This document shows, piece by piece, positions 13,901 through 30,786 of a stretch of DNA of 64,000 nucleotides. The notes under the pieces were generated by a model. It saw only the letters and a program-made list of their open reading frames with translations. It made no database searches and was not told the origin of the DNA. Source of the DNA: Octopus vulgaris (taxonomy: Eukaryota). The stretch covers positions 13,206,001 to 13,270,000 of the forward strand of contig OX597814.1 in NCBI GenBank assembly GCA_951406725.2, given 5' to 3'. Position 1 is the stretch's first letter. Each line of letters starts with the position of its first letter. The position numbers were made by a program, and so were the translations under genes.

Positions 13901-14951
13901 TGGTACTGATAGTATATATGGATATTTTATCCCTTAGTCGGATATTGTAACCGCTAACTCTGCTTACCTATATATACACATATATATTAGGCAGGATTTT
14001 TAGAATTAAAATTAAGATTTGATTTAAAGTGAATATTGTTTCCTTAGAATTTGAACTCTCTTATATATTATGCCATTTTGAAAACCAGGTTTACTATTGT
14101 CTAGATCCAAAATTACCAGAAAGTATACGAGATGACAGCAGCAAATTCAAGAATAGATTCTCTACAATTTAGCTGATATTCGCTCTTAACTCTTTAATGT
14201 ACATCTTAATATGAAAAATTCCCCTTGTAGAATCTACATATGAAATAGAATTTTAAGCTTCATAATCGAAACATTATCAAATTTATTAGCATAATTTCAC
14301 TGTCATAATTGTGAAGTTGCAGCACATTGTAGTGAAAAGTTACTAAGCTCTCGACAGTTTGATGTGATGATTTTCTTTCATTTGAGCAAATGAATATCAG
14401 TTCAAATGCAACAATCAAAAAATGTGCGTATGTAATAATATATCTCTCTGTCTATCAATCCTTCTATACCTACCTACCTACCTACATTACATACATACAT
14501 ACATACCTACCTACATACATACATAAATATATACATACGTATAGAACTATATTATCTATATCAGGATATGTTATTAATGAATATGTATGCGCAAAATATA
14601 ATACAGACAAAATAAGTTCATATCGGTTGTACACAAAGACTTATGCAATATGATGGAATATATTGCAGATTATGATAATAAATTGAAAGATCTAGGATAT
14701 TGATAAAAGGTATTGGATTTTACTATTGTTCAACATGAGAGGGTAATATATGAAAAAAGTACGCAATCTATTTTCCTGTTGGCAAAGCGTAAATGACTCT
14801 ATATAATATCATTAATAAATATTACTAACACAAACAATGTAATTTCAGTTAATAATGCAGATGTGTGTATGTGTGTCTATATAGATGTATGCATATATAT
14901 GTATTATATATATATATATATATATATGTATACACATACACACACATATTC

Positions 14952-15029
<78 letters not shown>

Positions 15030-15167
15030 CATTATAGAGACGTAAATGTATCGACTGCCATTTCCGGTAAACATTGGGGCCTTTTTGTACCAATACCTTA
15101 TATTTATATTTATACTTCTAACTTTACGGTGATTTATTTTACTGCAAGGTAATACATTTGTATTATG

Positions 15168-15199
<32 letters not shown>

Positions 15200-15220
15200 A
15201 TGTATACATATACATATATA

Positions 15221-15294
<74 letters not shown>

Positions 15295-15296
<2 letters not shown>

Positions 15297-15693
15297 CGCA
15301 GGAGTAGCTGTGTGGCTAGTAGCTTGCCAACCAACCACATCGTTCCGGGTTCAGTCTCACTGCGTGGCATCTTGGGCAAGTGACTTCTGCTATAGCCCCG
15401 GGCCGACCAATGCCTTGTGAGTGGATTTGGTAGACGGAAACTGAAAGAAGCCTGTCGTATATATATATGTATGTGTGTGTGTGTCTGTGTTTGTCCCCCT
15501 AGCATTGCTTGACAACCGATGCTGGTGTGTTTACGTCCCCGTCACTTAGCGGTTCGGCAAAAGAGACCGATAGAATAAGTACTGGGCTTACAAAGAATAA
15601 GTCCCGGGGTCGATTTGCTCGACTAAAGGCGATGTTCCAGCATGGCCGCAGTCAAATGACTGAAACAAGTAAAAGAGTAAAAGAGTAAAAGAA
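15295..15693 (+). mobile_element. tRNA-derived SINE family A, full length
   Basis: A box tagctgtgtgg, B box gggttcagtc, internal TA/TG tract and (aaagagt)n tail. Near-identical to 18167-18567 and 52302-52710. Confidence 0.92.
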
Positions 15694-15718
15694 TACACAC
15701 ATACACACACACACACAT

Positions 15719-15766
<48 letters not shown>

Positions 15767-16466
15767 TTTTTCCATTCTTATAAAGATATATATATATATA
15801 TATATATATACATAAAGAGATATATATATGTGTATATAACGGTGTTTGTGGCGTCTGAATAATTGTGTCTGTTTCTGGTCTATATCTTAATATTTAATCG
15901 TGCTGTCATATCTGAGTTTGTCGCTATGTCCACACTAACTGCTTCGAAGCGTACTTATCATACAAAATAATTGAACATTTCCGCGCATTTATTTTCAATT
16001 GATCCATGTCGCTGGTTTGTGAACTCTGCTTCAAATAGTATGATTAAGTGAAAACTAAATGTAATTATTAGTTTATGCACTCAACAAAACAATTATAGAT
16101 CAAAAAGAGAGCTTAATCATAATGAAGAAAGTACATATTGGAAAGAAAATAAAGCAACATATTTTAAAAATGCAAACTATACAGACATTTGTATCTGACA
16201 GTGTCAAGCCATATTAAAACACATCGGTTGCTAGAGATTCTCGGTTTAACTGTTTATGGGGGAACCTCGCATGCATGATCATATTCGTTATCATATTTAA
16301 GTGTTGGTGGGGAATATAACATTTTGTGCAAACGTATATTATATAACGTTTTCGTGATGGGGCATGTTTGCGATTATGTTGCTGAATAGTTGCTAGGTGT
16401 GCATGTCTTTGCAGAATGAGTTTTGCTATCGTGTGTATCAATGTGTAGTATGTTTCTACCGCAACC

Positions 16467-17680
16467 TACGAGGGTAGGTGGAAAACGTCTTAGGTTGAGT
16501 ATGAAAGGCTGATGTTAGAGCCGTGAAATTTTGCATGCATTGATTTTAACGCTTCTTATTAATAACTTCATAGTTTGGTCCAGGTAAACTGACATCTGTC
16601 TCTTCAAAGAAGTCGTCAAGTGTAACTTACTATCGACTCGTCTTGAAACTGAAATCAATGTGGCATCGTGTTGTTATCATAATACCTACATAACCCCCGA
16701 AAACATTCAGGCAGACACGGTTGCTACAGTAGAGGACTACGTTCCAGCTTTATCAATAGTGTAAACGTGGGTAGCTGAATTTAGGAGAGGAACAGACAGT
16801 CCTGAAGCTGACCAAAGGTCTGGACGTCCTACAGCTGCCACCACTGACGAAAACGTTGATCATATTCACCACATTAAGATGGAGGACAGGTGACGGGCAA
16901 TAAATCAACTCGCCATTAGCATTTTCCGTAATAGAGTGGAAAACTTTTTCTACAATGAATGCGGCACATTGAAGGCCTCTGTTCGAGTGTTACTACGTCT
17001 TCCGGCGCATGATCAAAAGCGCAACAGGCTGATCACAACAAGCGAAAATCTGACATTGTCTGATGAAGACCCAGCTTGTTACCTTGGGTGCTCCTGAAAC
17101 TAGGATGAGTCTGGGATTCATCAATTTGAAACAGTGGCGTTTCCATTGCATTCAGAGAATCCATGTCGTTGAAACGCCACTCCTCACCTCTTCTAAATGT
17201 AAGCAAGAGCCATTTCCTCTCATAAAAGTTAGTTTGGTGGAGTGCAAACAGCGCTGTGTCTATTGATTATCATCAAAAGGACCACACATTTAGAGTGTAC
17301 TGTGCCAGCTTGCTGACATAATTACGAAAGGCTATCAAGTCCAAACTGCCAGGAAAAAGCTCCAGCAACAAATCTTTGCTTTCGATGGCTGATATGCGTC
17401 ACTGTCGCTTGGCGCTGGTTGATCAACCTCCCTATTATCTGGATTTGGCCCCATCTGACTATCATCAGCTCGCCAACATTTAGTTGTAATGCTGAAGTTA
17501 TATATGATGTTGAAGATATTTATGACCCAAAAAATGAAAGCTTTGCGCCAGTGAGGTCTAAGAATTGCATCTCCGATGGAAGTAAATCGTGGAACGCATG
17601 GTGTATTATGCTGAAAGATAAATCCCATTTCGTCATGTTCTATGAGTGTATACTGGCCAACCTATGACCGTTCGATAGTA
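16467..17680 (+). mobile_element. Mariner DNA transposon, decayed, near full length
   Basis: TACGAGGGT terminus with a partial inverted match at the right end (aacg.tc.taggttg). Peptides VIKYLH, WVAEFRRG...RSGRPTAATTDENVDHIH and PPYYLDLAPSDY (cf. YSPDLAPSD). Confidence 0.88.
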
Positions 17681-18166
17681 TTTGGATGGAGTCCACACAA
17701 ACATGATGTGCAATATATTTATTCTCCATGGTAGGTTTATTCCATAATTCGATCGGGTTTCACATCCTGACGTCTCATGTTGTAAATGAACAATAATAAT
17801 TTTATAGTATATATTTTATATATATATATAAAATACCCACGCATGCAGGCACACATGCACCCACAACATATCTATATATATAAATAAATCTTTAGTTAAA
17901 TATATTCAATGAGAATATTATATACTGAATTTATATTGAGTGCTCACTTGTAACAAAGTATTAATACTATTAGAATATTTATATATTTATTACAAGCGAT
18001 TATATACATATATATTTTTTTAATAATATATTATTATTAATATTACGAAATCAATATCAAAACTCCTCACAAAGGAGTAAATATGTATAAGTATAAGTAT
18101 ATAATATATATGACAGTTTAAACGTTTTGAATTAATTTCCTAATATTTATAATATATATATATATA

Positions 18167-18722
<556 letters not shown>

Positions 18723-19758
18723 TGTATCTGTAATCTATGAACTTCCTATATTAACAGAGCTAATTAACCTGTTTATCCGTAGATCGAAACACGACGATTA
18801 ACCGTAATTGATTTTCGAAACTTACGTCTTTCCTAACTATTAAGTTACAGGTATGTAAACACACCAGTACAAGGTGTTAACATATTGAAGTTCGTGGACT
18901 AACTTTAAATTATATTCGTGACTTTTCTTTTAACTTACACGAAATCTCTCTTATCATCATCTCGTTAAACTACACAAGCACACTGTTATAATTTCTCTTT
19001 CGCACAACTACCATTTCTCAACATATTTTCTTCCCCATCCTTACGTACATTGAACATAAATTTCATAGGGCAGATTACTTCCTTTCAGCCGTGTTTCTAT
19101 TATCCATTATAGTTTTGAGGATGCGCCCTGTCGTATATGCAGACTTGTTACATAAATACAGTATCCTCTTAGAACACTAGTTAGTTCAATCAGGAAATAC
19201 GAAACTCACTTCTCTTCGTGCGTGCTATGTGTAGCACACATATTACATATAAGAAAGGCACAAACTTTTCATATTTGAAGAAATATGTATATATACACGT
19301 ACTGTCACATTAAAAGGAACATGTAAGCGACGTATATTTCCAAGATCATGTATTACAAATAGTAGCAAAACATCCCACATACGCATACGTGCATTTAAAT
19401 ACAATGCAGATAAACGTAACAAGCTCAAACATGTACGATCAAACATACGAGGTTGTATGGATACATTCATCAACAACAAAATAAAGAGCAGTATATTGTT
19501 TAAACACTCGCATATATAGATGCATTCAACTGTCATTAAATTAAACAAAAATTACACCCGCATACGCTATAAATACACATAGTGTGTAACCATATGGTTA
19601 CATATGGATAAGCATTTACCCAAGTAAAATGACTCTCCTGTAGGTTTTGCGAGAATAAAACTTCTTAGCATTCCATAATAATTCCCATTTCTTTCCATCT
19701 TGACGTAATATATAACATGCTTATTTCTCCCTATTCTAAATACATTTTGTATTTCTGT

Positions 19759-19794
19759 CTTTCCGAAGAAGCTCGCGAGCTCGAAATGTCAAAG
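19759..19794 (+). ncRNA. Candidate ultra-minimal hammerhead motif (variant core)
   Basis: cttt-CCGAAGA-agctcgcgagctc-GAAAT-GTC-aaag. Stems I and II pair, but the core has U4C and stem III is almost absent. Confidence 0.5.
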
Positions 19795-19958
19795 TTCAAA
19801 GTAACATATATATTTCTAGTGCGTAACAGTATGTTCTTTGAAATTTTTACCTAGTTGTTTTCTATTTTTCGTCATTTTGTGCATATACGCACATATACAC
19901 ATCCACAAAAGCATGCACACTCATACTCGGGCATTAAGATCTGAAATGTAAGATCTTT

Positions 19959-20079
19959 ACTCTGATGACGAAGACTCGTCTCATCTAGCAGTAATTGCAT
20001 CCATACAGCTGCATATTGTGATGGACTAAATCTACCAAAATTATTATGGATCACCGAGATCTCAGAAACAACTGTAGGT
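19959..20079 (+). ncRNA. Candidate decayed hammerhead with long stem II insertion
   Basis: act-CTGATGA-cgaagactcg...cgagatctca-GAAAC-AACT-GTA-ggt. The 3' half resembles GAAACAGCTGTA of the 43368 motif. Confidence 0.5.
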
Positions 20080-20327
20080 CTTATAACTACCTTTCTATTC
20101 ATTTTCTTTGTCGTTTGAACTCTATGTAACTTGAGCCTATTAAAATAAATATCTATATATTTATACATAAAAGTCCATCATCTGAGCGATTCCAGCATTT
20201 GCTTTTACACGTTTTGCATGCATACATATATGCATATTTTGTACTTGAGTTACCAAATATATTTCATAAATTTGATTTGTATAAATTGTTTATCCCAATG
20301 ATTTCCTCTTTCTCTCTCTCCCTCTGC

Positions 20328-20915
<588 letters not shown>

Positions 20916-23112
20916 TATTTATATGCATCTGTGTGTATGATCATTTATATGCACGCAATGATCATATTAAAATCATGCGTCAGCTGACTTGAGATATTTA
21001 GTTCAGGAAGAATAGCTGCACGCCATGATAAGTAAGTCAAATTTTCAAAATCGGTGCATATATAACTTGACATTTTCATGAGAGAAATCTGTCAACAGTT
21101 TACGAAAGTAATCTTATAATTGATGTAAAATCTATCTTTTCTTAAAATGATTGATGTTACTGTAAAATGTAATGATGTTTTTCTCTAAATCTTTCTTAGT
21201 TTCATTCATTAAACTGTCGAAGCAAAACAACACTGCGCACATTAATACGTTATTTATGTACGCAGTATTATTTCTAAATTCCGTACTGGGATACATGCAT
21301 AAATGTGGTTTATATTAAACAGAGATTCGTAATTTCGAGGCAGACTATTAATCAAAATACAATTTCTCTAATGATGTGCATTGCACGATTTCCCCCTCGT
21401 TACCCTGTATAATTCCAATATAACAATACTATGTGCCAGCTGCAAATTCTCTGTCTACTCTACTTAAATATTGTTCTATGAACGGTCTCTCTTCCGCTAG
21501 CCACTGGCCCTTTAGATACCGATCTTTGAAATACCCACTCAGCAATTTCTGTATGTTTAATTCAGTTCCTTGCTTCGCAGATCCAAAGATTTGTTCAAGT
21601 CTGACCTTCAAGGTTTTATTGCTCATTTATTGCAATAAATTTATGCAAGTCTTCTGACGCAAGCATATCTTTTTAACAGTTTTATGCAATAAAATTCCAA
21701 TACATCTTTCCCTATATATATTAAAGTGAATTTCCCGAACTATTTTATGTAGATTTACCAACGACGAGATATCACTGCTGTTGCTGGAGGTGGTCATTGA
21801 TTAAATAAATATCAGTATTAAATGTATGTAACACAATACTAGAAGCATCGTTGGGAAAATACCTCACTATCTACAAGTTAATTAGAAAATTTTGGAAATA
21901 TTCATTGAGTGAAATCTGTATCTGAAAATTAATTCTCAACAGCATTCATCTCCTCGAGATTTTATGCAACATCAAAACTATCTTCAAATGACTCTCATGT
22001 GCTGCATTGGTTAAATGGCATACGCTTCTTTTTTTTATAGTTCAATGGAATACAATTCCAATACATCATTCCTTTGATGAATTAAAGTGAATTTCTCATT
22101 GAATGACATTCTAATAGAAAACTTCCTTTTCTGAACTATTTTATGTAGATATACCAACGATGAGATATCACTGCTGTTGCTGGATGTGGTTGACAGTGTA
22201 TTGATCGATTTCATCTGAAGGTCATGGATTAAATATATAACAGTATAATACAGCGGTTTAACTGTAGTAGAATGTCTGATTTACTCGGAGTTGGATTAAT
22301 AACTCCCAGTATTGTGTAACATAGATTTGAATTGTGATTAATACTATGTCACCATTGACTGGAACTTTCATTTCCATCAATCTAATAAACTATTAATCCT
22401 TAAGCACATAAATCTGATTGCATTGAAAGTACCTTTTTGCACTAATTGCGGTGTCTCGTGTCTATGAAATACACAATTAACATATAATTTTATCAGATAT
22501 TCTATATAATTGTCTTTCAATTATTGCGTCTGCAAGCATTAGTTAGGGTGCATTCCATTTTTTTTGAAATTCAAGTTTGGTAGCATATACTTAATGCGTA
22601 CTTTGATAAATATATCTTTCACCTCTTGGTCGGGGGCTAAATTGTGATGTATTGCGTTTTTCTAAACGAACAAAGTTTATCTAGATCTATCCAGAGAAAA
22701 TTTATTCAGATTCATTTGGATAATTACACAGCGTCCTCTCAAGTCAGTAGAAAAAATTAGGGTATGCTTTCACCCAGCTAAATAAAAAAGTAAATTAATT
22801 AACGCATCTCACTAACATGAATTATGTACAAATTAAAATCTGAATTGCTTGTTCATGAAAATGTGATTATTATTTGTAATACTAATAATTATTTCACTTA
22901 ACGGAGCAAGATCAGAAATTATAGTGAAGAGGGATTTTTTACAAAGAGACGGAAAGTTATGGCATAATCGATAAATGTATTTGAATAAATTAAATATCAA
23001 ATATATTTATGTATATATGCATTTGTCTGTGTATACATACATATATGTATGTATATATATATATATATATTATATGTATATATGCATTTGTCTGTGTATA
23101 CATACATATATG

Positions 23113-23169
<57 letters not shown>

Positions 23170-24314
23170 GTGTGTGTATGTATATATTTAGTTTCATACA
23201 GATACGCGCATACATATATGAGTATGTTTGCATGTGTGTGTGTGTTGAGACTTGTCAAACGATTAAGAATTATTTGGTAGCTTGACCGAACAGACATTCT
23301 AGTCTAATTTTACCTGTTAATAATATATATTTAGCAAATGCCGTGTTAAATATATCTAATTGTGACGTGAGTGTTGTACCGTAATTTGTGACCTTACTAG
23401 ACAGTTTATTCTAAATTTCTCTCTCAGACATTAATGAAACGGTAGCAATAATTTCGTTTTTTGCATTGAAATTATGCTGACAATAAAGAATTACATGTTT
23501 TTCTTGTATTCAGAAAGTCACTGATACCAAGGAACATTATTCTTAAATTAAGCTTCCCTATTTCTATTATCATCTATCTACATTATGCGCACTCATACAG
23601 CGAGGGTGCTCATTAAAGCAAGGTTTCCGACATTATGCAACTTATCCATTTCATAACCTAATATATGCCACCAAATATATTTTGATTAGTGTCTCGAGAA
23701 TATACTTTAAACTGAAAATTGTAGACTAAACTATATCTGCTGATTGTACAAATTCTAACTGCATCATCACAGTTTTCCTGATATAAACATCAACATTGAT
23801 TTTACAAATAGCTTATATAGACGTTAATATAAATTTGGAAGTTTGATTGAGGAGACGCTTACAATTTCGACCATCATTAAAGCTTGCTCTATGGAGTATA
23901 TTTACTCGCTATTATTCGACATTTAGCAAAATCATTTCTCTATGTCTGTAAATGAACTAGTACCGCATAATAATTAACAGACTTACATGAGTGATTTGAT
24001 TATTCTTACTGATGCATGGGCGTAATGTGCTCGTTACGTATATTCTAATATTCAAGCAATAGAAATTTCATCTTAAATCTACATGAACATAATTTATTAA
24101 CTTGAGGATTCAAAAATATATTTGATACATTTCTACGACTACTGTATACTTACAAGAGAGTGGTATACTACTGTAAACTTATAAGAGAAATACGTTTATG
24201 ACGACTCAGGTCTTTTTGGTTACCAATATTTCTCAGGTCATTATCTGATGTATGTGAAGGGCATTATTCAGTTTGACGATAAATAGGAATATACATGCAT
24301 ACATACATACATAT

Positions 24315-24386
<72 letters not shown>

Positions 24387-24594
24387 AATAATGAATCTAA
24401 TGAATCTCAGTAGATGACCACAGCATCTTGTTTTGGCTACACGCGGGTGGGAAGGGGCTGGTGACACAATCTTCTCATTCACACATTGAATTTGGTGATA
24501 CTAGTTGCGGATTCTAGCTCGCTCTGATACTGAGTTGAGTTGATGCCTTCTAGTATCTCAAAATTCAATATATAATCATTTATGATTATAGTAT

Positions 24595-24695
24595 TCTACG
24601 CTGAAGAGAAAAGAAGTTCTTGGTAAGATAGAATTATTTAATATTTAATTCTTATGCTTTCCTAAAGACTTGATTTCGAAACGTACGTCCGTAGA
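24595..24695 (+). ncRNA. Type I hammerhead ribozyme within a ~500-bp element between two (TA)n tracts (24382-24888)
   Basis: tctacg-CTGAAGA-[gaaa...tttc long stem II]-GAAAC-GTAC-GTC-cgtaga. Perfect 6-bp stem I and palindromic ACGTACGT stem III. Confidence 0.88.
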
Positions 24696-24885
24696 TAACT
24701 TAAAATTGTATGATAGATTGCCGTCAATTCATTCCCTCTTACCTGTTTGTGTCTGCCTTCCAATTGCTGTTTTTACTGAGATCTCCTTTTTAGTAGAAGA
24801 AATAGCTATAACTCTTTGACTGCTATTTCTAAATTCGGTATGTGGTAAGGCAATTCGTTGCCAAACCCTTTATTGCTTAGTATTA

Positions 24886-24950
<65 letters not shown>

Positions 24951-25177
24951 GTAGTTATGTAATGTATGTATATGTGTGTATGTGTGTGTATGTGTGTACT
25001 CGATTAGAAGTTGAGTTAACCTGATGAAAGGATGGTTTCACCTAAGGATATACTGGTCCAATACCTAGTATTTGGGGGAATTAATTTCGTTAAAATAATA
25101 GGTATATGCATATAAAATATACAGTTTATATTTATATAAAAGAACCAAAAATGGAGAATTATTGATTATTATCGACT

Positions 25178-27070
25178 ACTTAGATATCTTTCCGCTGAAG
25201 CTGGTCTTGTCAAATTTAATAGAATCACCTGAAAGAGATACACAGTCAGCGCTTGGGCACCATAGTCCATTCGAGCACAGCGTTGTTGTTTTCAAAGACA
25301 TATCCGAGTGTGGGTGGTTTGTCATCTAGGGACCGTTTGACTGCCGTAAAATCACTTTCCTCCTTTATGTGAGCTGGCACGAAGAGAGCAGGGCCATGGT
25401 TGTTAGAGTGCAGTCCCTTTACCGAAGTGGATTAGGTTGAAGTTTCTGTCGTTAGCTGCATATTATCTTTCTCCGCCCATTTGATAACAGCTAAAAGATC
25501 ACTTTGAGGATTTGTTTGGTCTTCAAACTTGTCAACAAACTTCAGTAACTTAGAGTCATCCGCGAAAATATGTATGCTATGTTTGATGACGTCAGTAATA
25601 TCGTTATTATAAATTATGAAAAAGGAGCGAGTCCAATACAGTGCATTGTAGGACTCCACTTATAACCATAGCTGGTGACGATCGGACACCATTAATCACC
25701 ACAAGCTGAGTTCCGATCATCAGAAGACATTTAATCCAAGATAGCAGTTTTGCTCAGACTCCAGTTTTGGACAGTTTCTTGAAAAGGGTGTAGTGATCAA
25801 CCCTGTCAAAGACTTTGCTGAATTCAAGGTATATGGCATCTGCATGGGAGCTCCCTCCCATGACCTGGAAAATGTCATTGAAATGATGCAAGAGCCTGTG
25901 TTAAGCAGTCCCTTCCTTGGCCGAAGTCATGTTGGATGGGAATAATCCGACTGTAATATTCCAAGAAGAGACCTAAAACATGTCTTCTGCAACACGAAGG
26001 AGAGTGTTGTCTTTGGCAATGAGAAGTCCGACAATTGAGAGAGTGACCTTATGTTTTTTGGCGACTGAGAAGAAAACTTTGGGATTGAGTTTAATTTTCA
26101 CGATGGTCCACTTCTCAGTTATTCTTTCATCGGTAATGACAAACTGCAAACAATTTTGAAGACCAAATTTCTTTGATTCCAGTAGAACTATCTCTGGCAA
26201 ATTGGAATGATGTAGCTGGCAATATTTTAGCCGGTTATTATTTTTTATATATATTCTTTTCATTTTTTTCTTATGGGCGACTTAAAATTTTTTTAGGCAG
26301 CCTTCACTTCGTTTTGTCCATGGACCGTAGTGGAGTGCTACTTGGCGAGAGAGAATCTGTGAAAGACCAATCAACGAGCGAAAGATCGTGGGCGATTTCC
26401 TTTCCTTTAGCCTTGTGGAGATCCAAGAAATCAAAAGGGTGGACTGGTGTGTGCTAGTCAGTTTTTTCTTTAGACTGCCGATACCTCAGGCTACAAAGAA
26501 AAATATCGTGGTCTGCAAGGAGAGTTTTCTCCACTGCAATATCATATACAGTGTTTGTATGTTTACTTAAGAAAACAGAGATTGGGAAGTAATTATTGTT
26601 TATTAGAGATTACTTAGATACGTTTCAGCGGACGTTGGCCCGGGACATGTCTAATTAAATACAATCAGCTCTTGGGCACCATAGCCTATTCGAGCAGAGA
26701 AATATTTTTTCAGAGACATATCCGGTTGAATTTCGAAGGCACGAGCATGAATTTTCACAGTGAATCCACTGCTGCTTTCTCTGGGGTTGAAATGTACACA
26801 CTTGTTTTCAGCGTATAAGTAGTCCACTCAATACAAGAGAGATTGAAATCACCCATCATTAAAATGCTACTGGTTTTGTAATGGTTGATGAAAGACTTGG
26901 CTTTCTGAAGAATTCATCAAAGAACACTCGTGACGCTTGGGATGGCCTGTAGAGCCCAATTATCACTAAGCCGTTTGTTTTATTATGTACGGATACTAAT
27001 TCAGAGTAACCATTGGAGAATGAGATATCCGTATCTGCAGTAAATAATCGTGCAGGAAAATGACAACTTC
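25178..27070 (-). mobile_element. CR1-like LINE remnants, heavily decayed (RT and APE endonuclease fragments)
   Basis: IYLEFSKVFDRVDH, IHIFADDSKL, IKLNPKVFFS and SELVSVHNKTNGLVIIGLYRPS. A second 3'-end-like copy at ~26612-26725 resembles 25178-25310. Confidence 0.85.
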
Positions 27071-28097
27071 AATTCCATTTTTCTGCCGAAACGGTACACC
27101 CGAATAGGGGTAAATAGTGGTCAATTATAATGTATAATATGTATAAAGAATTAATAGGTGCATTCGCGTTTTGATTTTCGCTATTCTCCTTGCACATTTT
27201 ACTTTACAATTTGTGAAAAGTCATGGCGGTCGGATTTGCCTCTCATGCTTTCGGGATCGATGAAATAAGTACTTGTTGATCTCTGGGGTAGATGAAGTGA
27301 CACATGCTTGCCTCTCACAATATATCAGGTCATGCACCTTCTTAGAAAAGTTTGAGATAGAGCTTAAACTGTTACCTATATTTGACAATTATTCAGAAGT
27401 AGAAAGGTATTTCATACAATTATACCGTGATTGAATTTTAGCCTTATAGCAGTTTCAAATATTGCTCATAATATAATACACAGCATGAAAGTTTCAAATG
27501 GAAACTTGTACGTGACATTGTTAACCTCATTTTATTATGTTAATTTCACTGAAATAAAATGGACTTAGAATTATTAAAAGCATTGACATGGATACGAACA
27601 CAAAATATCTTACATGAAAGCGATCTCATGTATATTCAAATGCACCACATAAGTGCTCTCAATGCGTCTTCAGTGATATTCCAGGAATGAGTATGGGATC
27701 TTCGGACATCATTTCATCTTACTTATCTGACCTGGCCTTAGATATGCAAGTCATGGTTTGCAATGCAGCAGAAATAATGCATGTGACTGCATAGTTATTC
27801 CAAGATTATTCTATAAGATTCTTGTCTGTGACAATGAAAGTTGTGCTGGATTCTTTCCCGCCCCAGTAACTCCGACCATTGTTAAAACTTTGAAGTGTGA
27901 TTACCACACAAACATACGTCAGCCTATTCCGATTAACGCCTATAGCTCGACAGCTTTACTTCGTAGCTCTCTCTCTCTTCATCTCTCTCCCTCTCGTTGT
28001 GTATACATTTACAAATAATTTATCTTTTTACAACTATTACGTGCTTCTTCCAGAGAAAATACTCGCTAAATTGTTCTGATATTGAAGTGGGAACGCC

Positions 28098-28149
<52 letters not shown>

Positions 28150-29003
28150 ATTCATTTCACACTAGAATATTAGAAGCAATCATTTTGATGGATGCGTTTA
28201 TGCTTAATCCCGTCTTTTGAAGTTTATGACCAGAAACAATCATACCGAATTTACTGCAATCTTTCCAATGTAATATCGTACTAAATTTTCCATATGTATT
28301 GTACATTGAAGGCATAAAGTGACCCGAGAGTAATTTAACTGCTCAGAAACATTCCGTTGAATATCACACACGGACATTTAAAACTGTGTCAGAAGAATTT
28401 TAACGAATAAACATAAAGTCATTAATGAAATATTTACAAATGCATTTATCCTCCTTCATCTTTTATGATTTTAAGATTGAAATATTTATACAGTAATGAA
28501 TCATACCACATATAGCTACTAAATAAGTACAAATACTTTTTTGTAATATTAACTTTTTTTAACAAATCAAAACCGCGTAGCCTCTCAACCATGTAGAAAG
28601 ATAGTAATTAAAAATAAATAACGGAAATAATTTTCTGTTGTTTTTTTTTTAAATGAAACTAAATGGGTAATTAAATCTTCTGCATATCATTAAATATTCC
28701 ATAATAACGCTATCGTCTTTAATAATTTAGTAATCTTCACATCACTTTGTAATACAGTTACATTATTATCATTATCATGGTATTAACGATATCTTATTGA
28801 TTACCAAAATGGTTCTGATTATCCTATTTATAAAGACGATTGTCATTTTGACACTTTAGGGTTTTAAGTATATTTTTCCCTTGAGAATTTAAATACAAAT
28901 GGCATAGCATAAGACAGTTCTATATTTAAGAGATGAGAAATTATATACATTATTTACATTATTTACAATTGACGGATATTTCTCCTCATCTTGTTTGTGG
29001 TTA

Positions 29004-29048
29004 ACTCAAAAATTTCGGCTGATATACCCTCCAGTCTTCATCAGGAGT
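29004..29048 (-). ncRNA. Hammerhead motif (partly decayed) in the left arm
   Basis: actc-CTGATGA-agactg..cagcc-GAAA-ttttt-gagt. The sister copy at 31470-31513 (+) reads acac-CTCATGA-...-AAAA-CGTT-gtgt. Confidence 0.65.
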
Positions 29049-29164
29049 CTTCAGGAAATTTCGAACCTGGGTTCTCATTGGTAAGGTATTTTTCGATGTT
29101 GTTGTTGTTGTTGTTGTTATTGCTGCTGTTATTATTATTATTTATATTATTATTATTATTGTTG

Positions 29165-29231
<67 letters not shown>

Positions 29232-29389
29232 CATTATTCCTGACGTTGACTGGAATCGAACTCAGAATATTTGGGTTAGTATCCCGCGCTCCTAACCACT
29301 ATGTCTCAGGCATATGACATAGTGGTTAAGAGTGCGGGTCACTAACCCCAAGATGCCGAGTTCGATTCCAGGCAGTGGCCTGAATAATA

Positions 29390-29456
<67 letters not shown>

Positions 29457-29504
29457 CAACAATAAAAAAAAATAATAATAATAATAATGATAATAATAAT
29501 AATG

Positions 29505-29574
<70 letters not shown>

Positions 29575-29577
29575 TAA

Positions 29578-30328
<751 letters not shown>

Positions 30329-30367
30329 TAATAATAATAATAATAAGAATAATAACAATAATAATAA

Positions 30368-30700
30368 TGTGGCATCTCAAGGCGACTACAGTACCAGTGA
30401 TTGTAGGATCTCTAGGAATGTTTTAAAAAAAGGTTCTGAAACCTATTTGAAAATGATACCAGGCATACCATCCCTACAGGTAGTACAAACATTTATGTTA
30501 ACCTGAATGGCTCATGTACTGAGAAGAGCATTATCGCTGTGAAAACAACATCCATTCATGAATTTATTTATTAATTTTTTAAATATATATTTTACGTGTG
30601 AATTTGCGTGTGTAATCTGGGAATGCATACAATGAGCTTATCTGCCCTAGGTGTACGGAAAACACTCGGCGAGAAACGGAAAAAGAATTTAAGAATGAAA
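30368..30700 (+). mobile_element. R4/Dong-clade LINE extreme 3' end plus UTR, in (AAT)n
   Basis: MWHLKATTVPVIVGSLG...TYLKMIPGIPSLQVVQTFMLT*MAHVLRRALSL* matches the RLE C-terminus pattern. Confidence 0.8.
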
Positions 30701-30727
30701 ATAATAATAATGATGATGATGATGACG

Positions 30728-30786
<59 letters not shown>

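Noticed and set aside
25021-25080. CTGATGA as a hammerhead start
   Set aside because: No correctly placed GAAA-stem III-UH and no closing stem I.
29311-29385. tRNA gene (also the heads at 15295, 33350 and 50940)
   Set aside because: A/B boxes are present but there is no complete acceptor stem, and each continues into a repeat body, so these are SINE heads.
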